From positions 7,440,001-7,504,000 of the forward strand of contig NC_083237.1 in the NCBI RefSeq assembly GCF_032191835.1: a stretch of 64,000 nt of DNA, read 5' to 3'. The position numbers were made by a program, and so were the translations under genes. Each line of letters opens with the position of its first letter. Position 1 is the first letter of the stretch. This DNA comes from Heteronotia binoei. Taxonomy: Eukaryota. The notes under the pieces are model-generated. The model searched no databases, had not been told where the DNA came from, and saw only the letters and a program-made list of their open reading frames with translations. Positions 34,721 through 46,854 of this stretch are shown here, piece after piece.

Positions 34721-36693
34721 CCTCAAAGCCACATAGTCCAACAAAAAAGCGTTAGAGCTGTGGCATTGAACTCATATGTTATGAGGGCCAGATCTGACAT
34801 AAACGAGGCCTTATCGGGGCAGGCCATGTTGAGCTGGGCCATGTGTGTACTTATTTAAGATTAGGTAGCAGAGACATAAACTTTATAAAGGACACAGACA
34901 AACACAAAGATTTTTTTTAAAAACCCTGAAAATAAAAATGCTTAAAACATCAGCACACATTGGTCTTAAAGGTGCTTTCTTTGTATTTCTCCCATGACAT
35001 CCAGGGAACAGGGCAAAGGAAGCTCTGGCTCTTTCCTTCCTTTCCCAGGCGACCGGGAAGGGTAGGCGCCTCAGCCAATAGGAGGAAGAGAGGCTTGGCT
35101 CAGTATCTTCTGTGCAATTGAGAGAGCCTGGCAAGGCAAGCTCTGCCTCTGCCCTTCCAAACCAAGGGAGGAGCCTCAGCCAGTGGAGAAAATAGAGGTT
35201 TTGCTCTAGCTCCTGTATGGTTGCACAAGCCTTGCAAAGCAGGCTGTTATGCAAAAGGAAGCAAGAGGGAGGGAGAAGGAAGCAAATGACAGCCAATTAC
35301 TCAGAGGCCTGATAGGAGCCCTCCGGGGGCCTAATTTGGCCCCCGGGCCTCATGTTTGACACCCCTGCCTTACAGCTTGGGCACAATTCAGTTGGGAATG
35401 TTAAAGTGTTTGGAATTAAATTCCTGGTTGCAGCATTACGTACATTAAGAGGGAAGTCGTGACGCTCCCCTTCCCAGGTTGTGCCCCCAAATCTCCAGGG
35501 CTGGCCTAACCATAAGTTGGCAACCCTGTGTCATACTCAGCACACTGCATTGGTGAAGCTGGATTTATTTATTTGCTTTATTTATAGCCTGCCTTTCTTG
35601 CCGCATGGAATGGAAGACCCATGCAGGTATACCCGCTTGACTCTTTCTGGCTGAGACTCAGAATGGAGTCTTGCACTTGAAAGGCCCGAGAAATTGTTGA
35701 ATCCTGAATTTTTGTTAACTAGCAGGAGAGTTCAGCTTTTTTCAAACATTTCAGCCAAAAGTACAATGATTATTTTAGCTTTTACAATAGTGCAGGACAA
35801 GCTCACTCAAGGGGAACAGGAAGTAAGGCCTTCAGTACTGTGCAGAGGCGGCAGTCATCCGTGGAATGGTATTGGCCGAGCATTATAAGCACAGGGTTGC
35901 CAACTTTGGGTTAGGAACATCCTGGAGGTTTGAGGACAGAGGCTGGTGAGGATGGGGTTTGGGGAGGTGAGGCAACTCAGTGGGGCCTAGTGCCCTATGC
36001 ATCACTCCACAAAGCTTTTCCCCAGGGAGCTGATCTCTGTAGTCTGGAGACCTCCGGGCCCCACTTGGAGGCTGGCAATCCTAAGGGTTTTTCTCTGAAA
36101 TATTAGAGGCTATTTAAACTTATCGTGGGCCGTATACTGCATGGGCCTTGAGTCTGAGGACAGTTCTGTCCAGAGCTTTTTCTGTAGCAGGAAAAAACCC
36201 CTGATATAGCCAATCCTCCAAGAGCTCACAGGGCTCTTAGTTCAGGGCCTACTGTAAGCTCCGGGAAGATTGGCTACAGCAGGAGGGTGTGGCCTAATAT
36301 GCAAATGAGTTTGTTACAAAAAAAAAAGGCCCTGGTTCTGTCATCCTCCATTCAAGACTAGCCCTGCCACTAGGCAAACTAGGTGATTGCCTAGAGCGCT
36401 TGTTTTCTGGGCGCACCAAATTGCGTGTCCTCGTGATTTGGTAACATTATCACTGCAGGGTGGGAGCCAGAAATTAGCCTTGCCTAGGGTGCCAGACAGT
36501 CTAGGGTCGGCCCTGCCTCCATTCGAGACAATTCAGCAGGAGAATGTGAAGGAAGAACTGGGCTGGGGGAAGAGAGGTTTGGAAAAAGCAAAATGGGACA
36601 TGTGAGGACAGCAGCGGTGAGTAACTGCAGGGGTGGAATCAAACACGGTATTCTTAGAATGACTAATTATGCTTCCTCTTGTCTCACCATCAG

Positions 36694-37095
36694 CTTTTCG
36701 CAAACCGCTCGGGGGTGGCGCGTCTCCTAGGCCCTGAGGAGCAGCGCTTGTGGCAAGGCGTAACCGAAGAGCTCATGTCGGACGAGGAGGACAGCCTGAG
36801 CGAACCAGGGGTGTGGGTGGCACGCCCCCCACGATTCCGGGCTACTCCCCTCACCCAGCTCTGCTACCGGCTCGACGCCAACTCGAAACACGGCACCAAA
36901 GCAAACCGGATGTACGGGCCGCCCTCGGATCGCTTACCCTCTGCCGAAATCCAGCTTCTGCCCCTCCACCTTTACAACCCCCATTTTCAAGAGGAAGAAG
37001 CCAGGGCTGGCACGCCCCCTTGCCCGCCTGGCCACAAAGGCTTTTGCCCTGACCTCAGCTCCTTTGTGGAGATCAAGGTGGAAAAGGACGAGTGA
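36694..37095 (+). CDS. C14orf93: C14orf93 coding exon 6 (last)
   Basis: atcag|LFANRSGVARLLGPEEQRLWQGVTEELMSDEEDSLSEPGVWVARPPRFRA...FVEIKVEKDE*. Total CDS 1452 nt = 483 aa. AATAAA at 37123 and 37316. Confidence 0.97.
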   Translation, partial: LFANRSGVARLLGPEEQRLWQGVTEELMSDEEDSLSEPGVWVARPPRFRATPLTQLCYRLDANSKHGTKANRMYGPPSDRLPSAEIQLLPLHLYNPHFQEEEARAGTPPCPPGHKGFCPDLSSFVEIKVEKDE

Positions 37096-38784
37096 CCAAA
37101 TATGGCTGCTTGAAGCAACCAGAATAAAGGAGAGCAGGGAGGTCAAGGTTTTGAAAGACGCTACAGCTGCCCACCTTAGGTCTTTCTCCAAGATGGGGAG
37201 AGAAGCAAGTGGTTTGCCATGCCCTAAGGAATTAAGGAATAAGACACCCTGTTAGGAGTCAAGATAGAGAAGAAACAGTGACTGGGACACACAGTGCTGG
37301 AAAAGAACCTTCTAGAATAAAGGTGGGAGACTTGTATTCAGTGAGTCAACAGGCTAGGCGTGGACAGGATTACAAAGGCAATCCGGTGAGCTCTTCTTAA
37401 ACAGGGCTCCATTATGGAAGGGTTGAATCAGGAACTACAGCTATTCTCAGAGGCACCCTTGAGTTCCTGGCTCGGAAAGGTTGACAGAGGTTTGCTAAAG
37501 AGAAGGGAACTGTTTTCCGTTTAGCGGACCTGCTCTTGGGGCTGCAGGGCGTAATAGAAGCCTGGGAAACCTCTTGCTGGACATCTTTATTGAGAGTGAT
37601 GGGTTTAAAGAGGCAACATAAAAAGTACTTACGGAACTGATTAGTCACCCTCTGTTACTTGTCTTTTTCTTGGCTTGTATTCCTTAAGACCCGAGAGGCA
37701 ACAAAAGGACAAACAACTTGGGCGGGAGGGGGGGGAGTGGAGCTTATTAGGGAGCTGAGATGTATGTTTGTACTGGAGTGGGGACATCCCTTGAAACAGA
37801 AAGCTTCTCTTTCTGTAAACATAATTTCCCTGCTTCTTTGTCTTTGTACATGCTAGGGTTAGAGCAGAGCAACCTGTAGATTTGAGCAGTAGTTCATTGG
37901 TCCAACATAGGGTTTCTTAAAGTGGCCAGCTAGGTACCCAGACATTCTACAAGTAGGACATGGAGACCAAAGCACCCAAAGTTGCCCCCCCCATCACTGG
38001 GATTCACACGGTTACTAGCTCTCACATCTAATAGCCATCAACGGCTCTGTCCCCCACAAACTTGTCTAGACCCCTTGAGGTAGCACCTGTCATTCTAGGG
38101 CAGCAAATCTTGCAAACCAGTTAGTCTCTGAGTGGAGCAAGAGCCAGTTTGGTGTGGTGGTTAAGTGCGCGGACTCTTCTCTGGGAGAACCGGGCTTGAT
38201 TCCCCACTCCTCCACTTGCACCTGCTGGAATCGCCTTGGGTCAGCCATAGCTCTCGTAGGAGTTGTCCTTGAAAGGGGCAGCTTCTGTGAGACTCTCTCA
38301 GCCGCACCCACCTCACAGGGTGTCTGTTGTGGGGAAGGAAGATAAAAGAGATAGTGAGCGGCTCTGAGACTCCAAGCGGAGGGCGGGATATAAATCCAAT
38401 GTCATCGTTGTCTTTGATCTGTCCTGAATCTATTGCCCATCAGCATCATCAGGTGCGTGTAAGTTCTGGGAGGGAGAAAACGTCTAGCTAGCTATCCATT
38501 TCCTGCATAATTTTATAAAGTTTTATCATGTTTGCCCTTCGTCCTCTTTCCTGTAAATTACACATGAGGCTGCCTTCTACTGAGCCAGACCTTTGATCTC
38601 TCCAGGTCAATCTTGTCTCCTTTGCCTGGCAGCCCCTCTCTGGGGTCTCCTGTAGAGGCCTGTCTCTCACCTACAACCTCCCATCCTTTTTAAAACTGGA
38701 GATCGAACCTGGGACCTTCTGCCTGCAAAGCAGATGAGTCACAGGTGCCGTGCAAAGAACTGCTAAGTAACTTCGCTTCAAATA

Positions 38785-38910
38785 TAGATGGCTGGGGAAG
38801 GCAATGGCGACCACCCCCATAGAAAGTCTGCTAGGAAAACGTCGTGATGCGACGTCACCCCAGAGTCGGAAACAACTGGTGCTTGCACAGGGGACTACCT
38901 TTACCTTTAT
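38785..38910 (+). mobile_element. Sauria SINE 3' fragment
   Basis: GGGAAGGCAATGGC...CCCCAGAGTCGGAAAC...ACTACCTTTACCTTT. Another fragment lies at ~10285-10365(-). Confidence 0.75.
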
Positions 38911-39061
38911 CCTTTTTGAGACACCAGTGACCAGAACTGTGCATTGTTTTCCAGGTGTGGCTGCTCCTCCATACAAGAGCATTATGATACCAGCTGTTTT
39001 GTTCTCAGCCCTTCCTTATAAATCAGCTAGTATCATAATGCCCCATATAAATTTGAAAACA

Positions 39062-40460
39062 AATCAGCCAGTATCATAATGCCCCTGTATAAATCGATGG
39101 TGCGGCCTCATTTGGAATACTGTGTGCAATTCTGGTCACCGCACCTCAAAAAAATTGATATAGCATTGGGAAAAGGGCAGCTAGAATGACTAAAGGGTTG
39201 GAACACATTCCCTATGAAGAAAGGTGAAAAAGCTTGAGGCTCTTTAGCTTGGAGAAACGTCGACTGTGGGGTGACATGATAGAGGTTTACAAGATTATGC
39301 ATGGAATTGAGAAGGTAGAGAAAGAAAGAATTCTTTCCCTTTCTCACAATATGAGAACTCATGGACATTCAATGAAATTGCTGAGCAGTCAGGTTAGAAC
39401 TGATAAAAGGAAGATAAAACTGATAAAAGGAACTGATAAAAGGGGAGGGATGGTGGCTCAGTGGTAGAGCATCTGCTTGGTAAGCAGAAAGTCCCAGGTT
39501 CAATCCCTGGCATCTCCAACTAAGAAGGGACCAGGTAAGTAGGTGTGAAAAACCTCAGCTTGAGACCCTGGAGAGCCGCTGGCAGTCTGAATAGACAATA
39601 TTGACTTTGATGGACCGAGGGTCTGATTCAGTATGGCAGCTTCATATGTTCAAGTACTTCTTCGCTCAAAGTGTGATTAACACATGGAATTGACTGCCAC
39701 GAGCGGTGGTGGTGGCTGCAAGTGTAAACAGCTTCAAGAGGGGATTGGATAAACATCTGGAGCAGAGGTCCATCAGTGGCTATTATCCACAGTGTATTGT
39801 TAGAACTCTCTGGGGCCGTGATGCTTTGTATTATTGGTGCATGGGGGGTACAGTGGGAGGGCTTCTAGTGTCCTGGCCCCACTGATGGACCTCGTGATGG
39901 CACCTGTTTTTGTGGTTTTTTGTCACTGTGTGACACAGTGTTGGACTGAATGGGCCATTGGCCTGATCCAACATGGCTTCTCTTCTGTTCTTATGTGACA
40001 CAGAGTGTTGGACTGGATGGGCCATTGGCCTGATCCAACATGGCTTCTCTTATGTTCTTATGTGACACAGAGTGTTGGACTGGATGGGCCATTGGCCTGA
40101 TCCAACATGGCTTCTCTTCTGTTCTTATGTGACACAGTGTTGGACTGGATGGGCCATTGGCCTGATCCAACATGGCTTCTCTTCTGTTCTTATGTGACAC
40201 AGAGTGTTGGACTGGAGGGGCCATTGGCCTGATCCAACATGGCTTCTCTTATGTTCTTATGTGACACAGAGTGTTGGACTGGATGGGCCATTGGCCTGAT
40301 CCAACATGGCTTCTCTTCTGTTCTTATGTGACACAAAGTGTTGGACTGGAGGGGCCATTGGCCTGATCCAACATGGCTTCTCTTATGTTCTTATGTGACA
40401 CAGAGTGTTGGACTGGATGGGTCATTGGCCTGATCCAACATGGCTTCTCTTCTGTTCTTA
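39062..40460 (+). mobile_element. CR1 3' fragment with an inserted SINE and an 8x 65-67-bp terminal tandem array (39930-40460)
   Basis: RLFSLEKRRLWGDMIEVYKIMHGIEKVEK. Unit starts at 39930, 39995, 40062, 40129, 40194, 40261, 40328 and 40395. Confidence 0.9.
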
Positions 40461-41272
40461 AATTCCTAGCCTAGAATCTGATTTTTCAGTGCTGCCACAA
40501 ACTGACTTGATGTTTCCATCAAACTGTCTAGCACAACTCCAAAGAGTTTTCTCCTGGTTAGTCTCTGTCAGCTCAGACTCCATCAGTATATATTTAAAGT
40601 GAGGATTTTTCAACACCACGGGCATCAATTTACACTTATGCGGAACCTCATTTGCTCCGTTGTTACCCTTTGGAGAAATCCTTTTGAAGCTCTTTCCAGT
40701 CCACGTTGGTTCTCATTACTCTGAATAATTTGGTGTCCTGAGACAATAATCCTGCCTGTTATATACTGAGACAGGAGCGAGATGGGACGTTTCCTGAGCT
40801 ATCACTGTCCTCTAGCGGCTTCATGGGGTAGTGAAAAAGGATGGATGATTTGTTTTTCATGGCGGGCAGATATCTGTTGGCATCTGCTTTTGATCCAGAA
40901 AAACCCCAAAGGTAGAAGCATCGTCTCCAGTCGAGCCTTGCTACAACCTGCCCCCTCACTAAAGTCACCCCCTCCTCCCAACAGCGCCTCGCCCCCGTGT
41001 CTGCGTCTTCTTAGCACACATAGTGTGGCTTGCTTTACTACACATTCTGAACTCTAGCTCTCAGTTCTGGGTTTTTTTAAAATAACCACTGCAGAGATTA
41101 TTCAAATTATAGAATGTGCGGAAAGAACAAAAGAAGAAAATCTTAGACGTAGGCAAGGATTACCGGAGTTGGAGAAACTGTTGCCTGCTAGAGAGGAGGA
41201 CTCTCAGAAGCAATTAGCCATGATAGTTAAATGGAGCCTCCATTAATAGAGATAGCCTACCCATAATTTTTG

Positions 41273-42663
41273 TTCTGTTGTTGTTCAGCAGCACAGTCGA
41301 GTCCGACTCTTTGCGACCCCATGGACAAAGTCACTCCAGGCTCTCCTGTCTTCCACCATCCTCCAAAGTCTGCTCAAATTTGTGTTTGTTACATCAGTAA
41401 CGCTGTCCAGCCATCTCATCTTTTGCCATCCCCTTCTTCTTTTGCCTTCTGTCTTTCCTAGCATCAGGATCTTCTCCAGGGAGTGTTCCCTTCTCATTTG
41501 GTGGCCAAAGTATTTGAGCTTCAGCTTCAGCATCTGACCTTCCAGTGAACAGTCAGGGTTGATTTCCCTTAGGATTGACTGATTGGATCTTCTTGCAGTC
41601 CAAGAGACTCTCAAGAGTCTTCATCACCACATCTCAAAAGCATCTATTCTTCTGTGCTCGGCCTTCCTTATGGTTCAGCTCTCACAGCCATGCATTACTA
41701 CTGGGAATACCATCGCTTTGACTATACGGACTTTTGTGGGCAGGGTGATGTCTCTACTTTTTATTATACTGCCCAGGTTCGCCATAGCTGTCCTCCCAAG
41801 GAGCAAACGACTTTTAATTTCATGACTGCAGTCACCATCTGCAGTGATCTTGGATCCCAGAAATGTGAAGTCTGTCACTACTTCCATGTCTTCCCCTTCT
41901 GTTTGTCAAAGTGTGATGGGGCCAGATACCATGATCTTAGTTTTTTTGATGTTGAGTTTCAAGCCTACTTTTGTGCTCTCCTCTTTCACCCTCAACAAGA
42001 GGTTCTTTAGGTCCTCTTCACTTTCTGCCATTAGAGTAGTGTTATCTGCATATCTGAGGTTGTTGATGTTTTTCCCAGCAATCTTAATTCTGGCTTGTAC
42101 TTCATCCAGGCCAGCATTCCGCATGATGTACTCTGCATATATATTAAATAAGCAGGGTGACAATATACATCCTTGTCGAACTCCTTTTCTTATTCTAAAC
42201 CAATCAGTTGCTCCATATCCCATTCTGACCATTGCTTCTTGACCCTTATGCAGGTTTCTCAGGAGATATGTGAGGTGGTCTGGTACTCCCATCTCTTTAA
42301 GGACTTGCCACAGTTTGTTGTGATCCACACAATCAAAGGCTTTAGCATAATCAATGAAGCAGAAATAGACGTTTTTCTGATACTCCTGTGCTTTCTCCAT
42401 AATCCATCGAATGTTGGCCATTTGATCTCTAGTTCCTCTACCTCTCCGAAACCCAGCTTGAACTTCTGGTAGTTCCCGATCGACATACTGCTGAAGCCTA
42501 GCTTGTAGGATCTTTAACACGACCTTGCTGGCATGTGAAATGAGTGCAATGGTTCGATAGTTTGAATATTCCTTGGCATTACCCTTTTTTGGGATTGGAA
42601 TATAAACTGATCTTTTCCAATCCTGTGGCCACTGTTGTGTTTTCCAAATTTGTTGACATATTA
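41273..42663 (-). mobile_element. RTE-BovB LINE, 5'-truncated and inactivated
   Basis: ORF 41906..42739: WPQDWKRSVYIPIPKKGNAKE...GVRQGCILSPCLFNIY...LRYADNTTLM. Catalytic YADD is changed to YADN, and the ORF is frameshifted towards the 3' end. Confidence 0.93.
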
Positions 42664-45229
42664 CTGGACACAATAATACCCAAAAATGAAGTGGCTGCAG
42701 AGCACCGGCCGTGTTGGAACTTGCCTCACCTCTTGACATTGCCTGTTTTATTTACAAACCTACAGTGTTTGAAGCTTCTGGCCTACAAAGTTTTTCACAT
42801 TCAAGTAGCAACAAAAACACAACCTTTTGAGAATCTTGGAATTTCCCCCCCCCCCCTAGCCAAGGCAAAACAGCAATTGAAACGAAGGTTTTAAAAGCAC
42901 TCAGGGCTAAAAACGAAACTCTTTTCCTGTCTCGTTCTTCAGCAACTCTGTCAGGCAGGTTGCTTATGTAACATCTCTCTTTTGCGAACAGTAAGCTGAA
43001 GCAAAGAGACACTAACTTGCCTAAATGCTATTAATTCCAGAGGGGGAAGCCATCAAGGTAGTTTCGCTGCCTCGAAAATAAACCGGCGTTTTGCAGCACT
43101 TTAAAGACAAAGGCAAAGCTGTTCCAGTATCAGCTTCTGTGGACTACAGCCAGCTTCTTCAGAGGCTAGGCATGGAACGTCATGCTTCATTGCATAGCGA
43201 GGATGCGCTCCTAGCATCTAAAAAACTAGGTGGTATTCTGAGAAAACCAGACGGAGTTCTTTAAGTCTTAAAGTTGAAGGGACTCCAGATTCCTGTTTGA
43301 CTCCCCGAAAACCTCTCCTTGTTGGGGAAGAATTTGAACCTAATGGTGTCTAGTTCAAGGGACAGCCCCAGCCTGGCAGGACAAAGGCTAGGCGATTTGG
43401 TGTCCTGAGACGATTATTGCCTCAGGACACCAAACCCTAACCCTTTCGCAGTTGCTCGAGAGAGAACTTTGGCCAGTGCAGCTTTTCTCTCCGTTTCTGT
43501 CCCGTGACAAGATTCGATAGCGGGGTGACCAAACCGCAGCTCGGGAGCCACATCTGGTTCTTTCACACATAGTGTGTGGCTCTCAAAGCCCCCACTACTC
43601 TGTCAGTCAGCTTGGAGAAGGCATTTGTCACTTCAAATAATTTCTCCAACCCAACCCAGCCAGCAGCTTGGAGGATGCATCTAAAGTTAAAGTCGCTTTC
43701 TTTCCACCTCTCTCTCCCCATCTCTATTCCTTCCTTCCTTCTCTCAAACATCTGACATTCCTTCCTTCCTTCTCTCAAACATCTGACATTCATTTCTTGA
43801 GGCTCTCAAACGTCTGACATTTATTCTATGTGAATCTTACATTAAGCAAGTTTGGCCACCTCTGTTCGATCGGGTTGCCACATCCAGGTAGGGAAACTTC
43901 TGGAGATTTGAGGATGGAGCCTGGGGAGGATAGGAACGTCAGTGAGGTACAATGCCATACACTCCACCCTCCCAGGCATCCTATTTCTTCAGAGGAACTG
44001 ATCTCTGAAGTAGGGTTGCCAAGTCCAATTTAAGAAATATCTGGGGACTTTGGGGGTGGGGCCAGGAGACTTTGGGGGTGAAGCCAGGAGACATTAGGGG
44101 TGGAGCCAAGATCAAGGCTGTGACAAGCATAATTGAACTCCAAAGGGAGTTCTGGCCATCACATTTAAAGGGACGGCACACCTTTTCAATGCCTTCCTTC
44201 CATAGGAAATAATGAAGGATAGGGGCACCTTCTTTGGGGGCTCATAGAATTGGACCCCCTTGTCCAATCGTTTTGAAACTTGGGGGATATTTTGGGGAGA
44301 GGCACTAGATGCTGTACTGAAAATTTGGTGCCTCTACCTCAAAAAACAGCCCCCCCAGAGCCCAGATACCCACGGATCAATTCTCCATGATTTTCTATGG
44401 GAATAAATCTCCATAGGGAACAACAGAGTTCCCAGCAGACATTTCCCTCCCCTCCCCCCGCTTTCTGACGACCCTGAAGCGGGGGGGAGGGCCTCCAAAC
44501 CGGGGGATCCCCTGCCCCCACCTGGGGATTGGCAACCCTATGAGCTGTCATTCCAGAGGATCCCCAGGGCTCACCTGGAGGCTGGCAGCTCTAGAAGATG
44601 CACCAGTGCAAGACGAAGGCAGCCCTTTCTATTGCATGCCCTCATTTCCAAGGACCCCCATGACTGATGGAAAAGCCAGAGCATTTTAGGATTGCCAATC
44701 CCCAGGTGGGGGCAGGGGATCCCAGTTTTAGAGGCCCTCTCCCCGCTTCAGGGTCATCAGTGGGGGGAGGGGAGGGAAATGTCTGCTGGGCACTCCATTA
44801 TTCCCTATGAAGATCGATTCCCATTGGGTATAATGGAGAATTGATCCTTGGGTATCTGGGGAGGCTGTTTTTTGAGGCAGAGGCACCAAATTTTCAGCAT
44901 AGCATCCAGTGCCTCTTCTCAAAATACCCTCCACGTTTCAAAAAGATTGGACTAGGGGGTCCAAGCCTATGAGTCTCAAAAGAAGGTGCCACTATCCATT
45001 TCCAATCGAAGGCATTTAAAAGGTGCGTGGCCCATTTAAATAGGATGGCCGGAACTCCCTTTGGAGTTTGATGATGCTTGTCACAACCTTGCTCCTGGCT
45101 CCACCCCCCAAAGTCCCCAGATATGTCTTGAATTGGACTTGGCAACCCTAGGGCATCTACGCCTCCAGGCCACACTCCATCAGTCCTAGAATGCACCGGG
45201 GACGCAGCTTGATATTGGAGGGGTAAAAG

Positions 45230-45575
45230 CCAACCCCCGCCCTCAGCTACTGGCACGGGCGCCCCACTCGGCTTCAAACTCGACTTTCGTCGAGGTACTG
45301 CGTTCTCAAACGTTGGCCAATCAAAATGATCAAGAAGCGGCTGAAATCCCGCCTCCGTCCTTTTTTCCTTGCTCTTCATTTGAAGCGCCGCCTTTCTTTT
45401 ATCTGCGCAGCTCCTCATTGGCTCCTTGACTGTGGGCCCCGCCCCTGGCGGGAGGTTCCATCTTCCGTTTTCCTTCCCTAAAGTGGAGCTCGCGCAGAGA
45501 TCGTTGAGGGAGGGGAGGGGAGGGGGCCGACAAAAAGGCGGGAAAAACTTTATTTTCGTCTTCTTACAGGTACCT
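45230..45575 (+). promoter_or_regulatory. HAUS4 CpG-island promoter / probable non-coding exon 1
   Basis: CpG-rich. CCAAT at 45317, ATTGG at 45417, GC box at 45437, candidate donor CAG|GTACCT at 45570. Confidence 0.6.
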
Positions 45576-45829
45576 CCCCCTTTTTATTAGAAAGAGGGGA
45601 CCCTGGAGCCACTTTCCTCTCATCCTGTTGAGTAGTGAAACTGGTGTGTTTCTGGAGGGGAATAATCCTGAAATCGTGTTGCTTTTTCCCCCGTCTTTGC
45701 CTTTTTTTACCAGGAAAGGGAAAGTCTTCAGTTGCCATCATTCTGTTCTGACAGGAGCTCTTTTACCTGTTGCACCAGCAGGTGGAAGTATGACTGGGGA
45801 AGCTCCACTGCCCCTTCGTTCTAGACTAA

Positions 45830-46122
45830 GCTGCGCCAGTTGGGTTTCTGCCTGTCCAGCTGCTTTTAAAGGCACAGAGCTTCTGCCAGGAGAAGGAGCA
45901 AGGTGTGAGTGTTTAGGTGAAGGTGGCATTGCCAGATGTGCAGAGGACTAAATGTGGTTCAGAGTGGTGTGAGCATTAGTCGTTTTACAGGCAGCTGCAC
46001 CGGTTGGGTTTCTGTCCGCCCAGCTGCTTTTAAAGGCACAGAGTTTCTGCCAGGAGAAGGCAAGGTGTGAGTGTTTAGGTGAAGGTGGTGTTGCCAAATG
46101 CACAGAGGACTGGACCATGGTT
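45830..46122 (+). repeat. Direct duplication of ~130 bp (period 164)
   Basis: GTTGGGTTTCTG...CAGCTGCTTTTAAAGGCACAGAG...AGGTGTGAGTGTTTAGGTGAAGGTGG occurs twice. Confidence 0.85.
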
Positions 46123-46854
46123 CTTGGTAACGTTAGCATTGCATTCTGGGGGATTGAATGTAGACCCTGATTTTTGGTTGGCGTACGTGGTCTGGTGTGC
46201 CCCCGTGTTGGAGAGGAGAAAGAACAAAACTTTCTCCTTGGCTGTTGTAAGATGGACCTCGGGAGTGGGGGGGAGATGATAACAAGACGTGCCTTGAGGA
46301 GGAAAATTTATTTTAGGTTGCCGTGACCTCAGATGTAGCAGACGTTAAGGAGGGTTTTTTTTAACAGATTGCCATAGCATGCATGGGGAAGGAACAAAGA
46401 GGGCTTCCTCTGTTTGACACAAGTGCCATAGCTTGCAATGGTGTATTTTAAAGATAGCGTCACTCCCCTGCTAAGGGGCTCAGGAAGGGTTTCGCTCTAC
46501 CTGTTGTGGTCTCTAGGTGAGTGAGAGAAAGAAACATGAAAGGAATGGTCCTCTAGTTTATGATTCTCTGCAGGTGCTTAGCTTGAGTACCTTCATATTC
46601 AGCATAGCGTCTGAATGATGTATGGTGAGTCCTTCCAGCTCTCTGAGGTCATCTCCTAACTTATCCCTTCAGATGGCAAAAGAGACCCTTTGTGTACCCA
46701 TCTTGCTGGCACGACTCAACTTCTGACTAGTTTACTGACACTTGAGTTTGCATAGTGCTATTTTTGTGGCTTCTTGTACAAGATTGTATGATCGGTACCT
46801 TTCTGTAAGCTTCTGGGTTCTCTCTTAGCTCCTAACCACTACCATCTACCCTTC

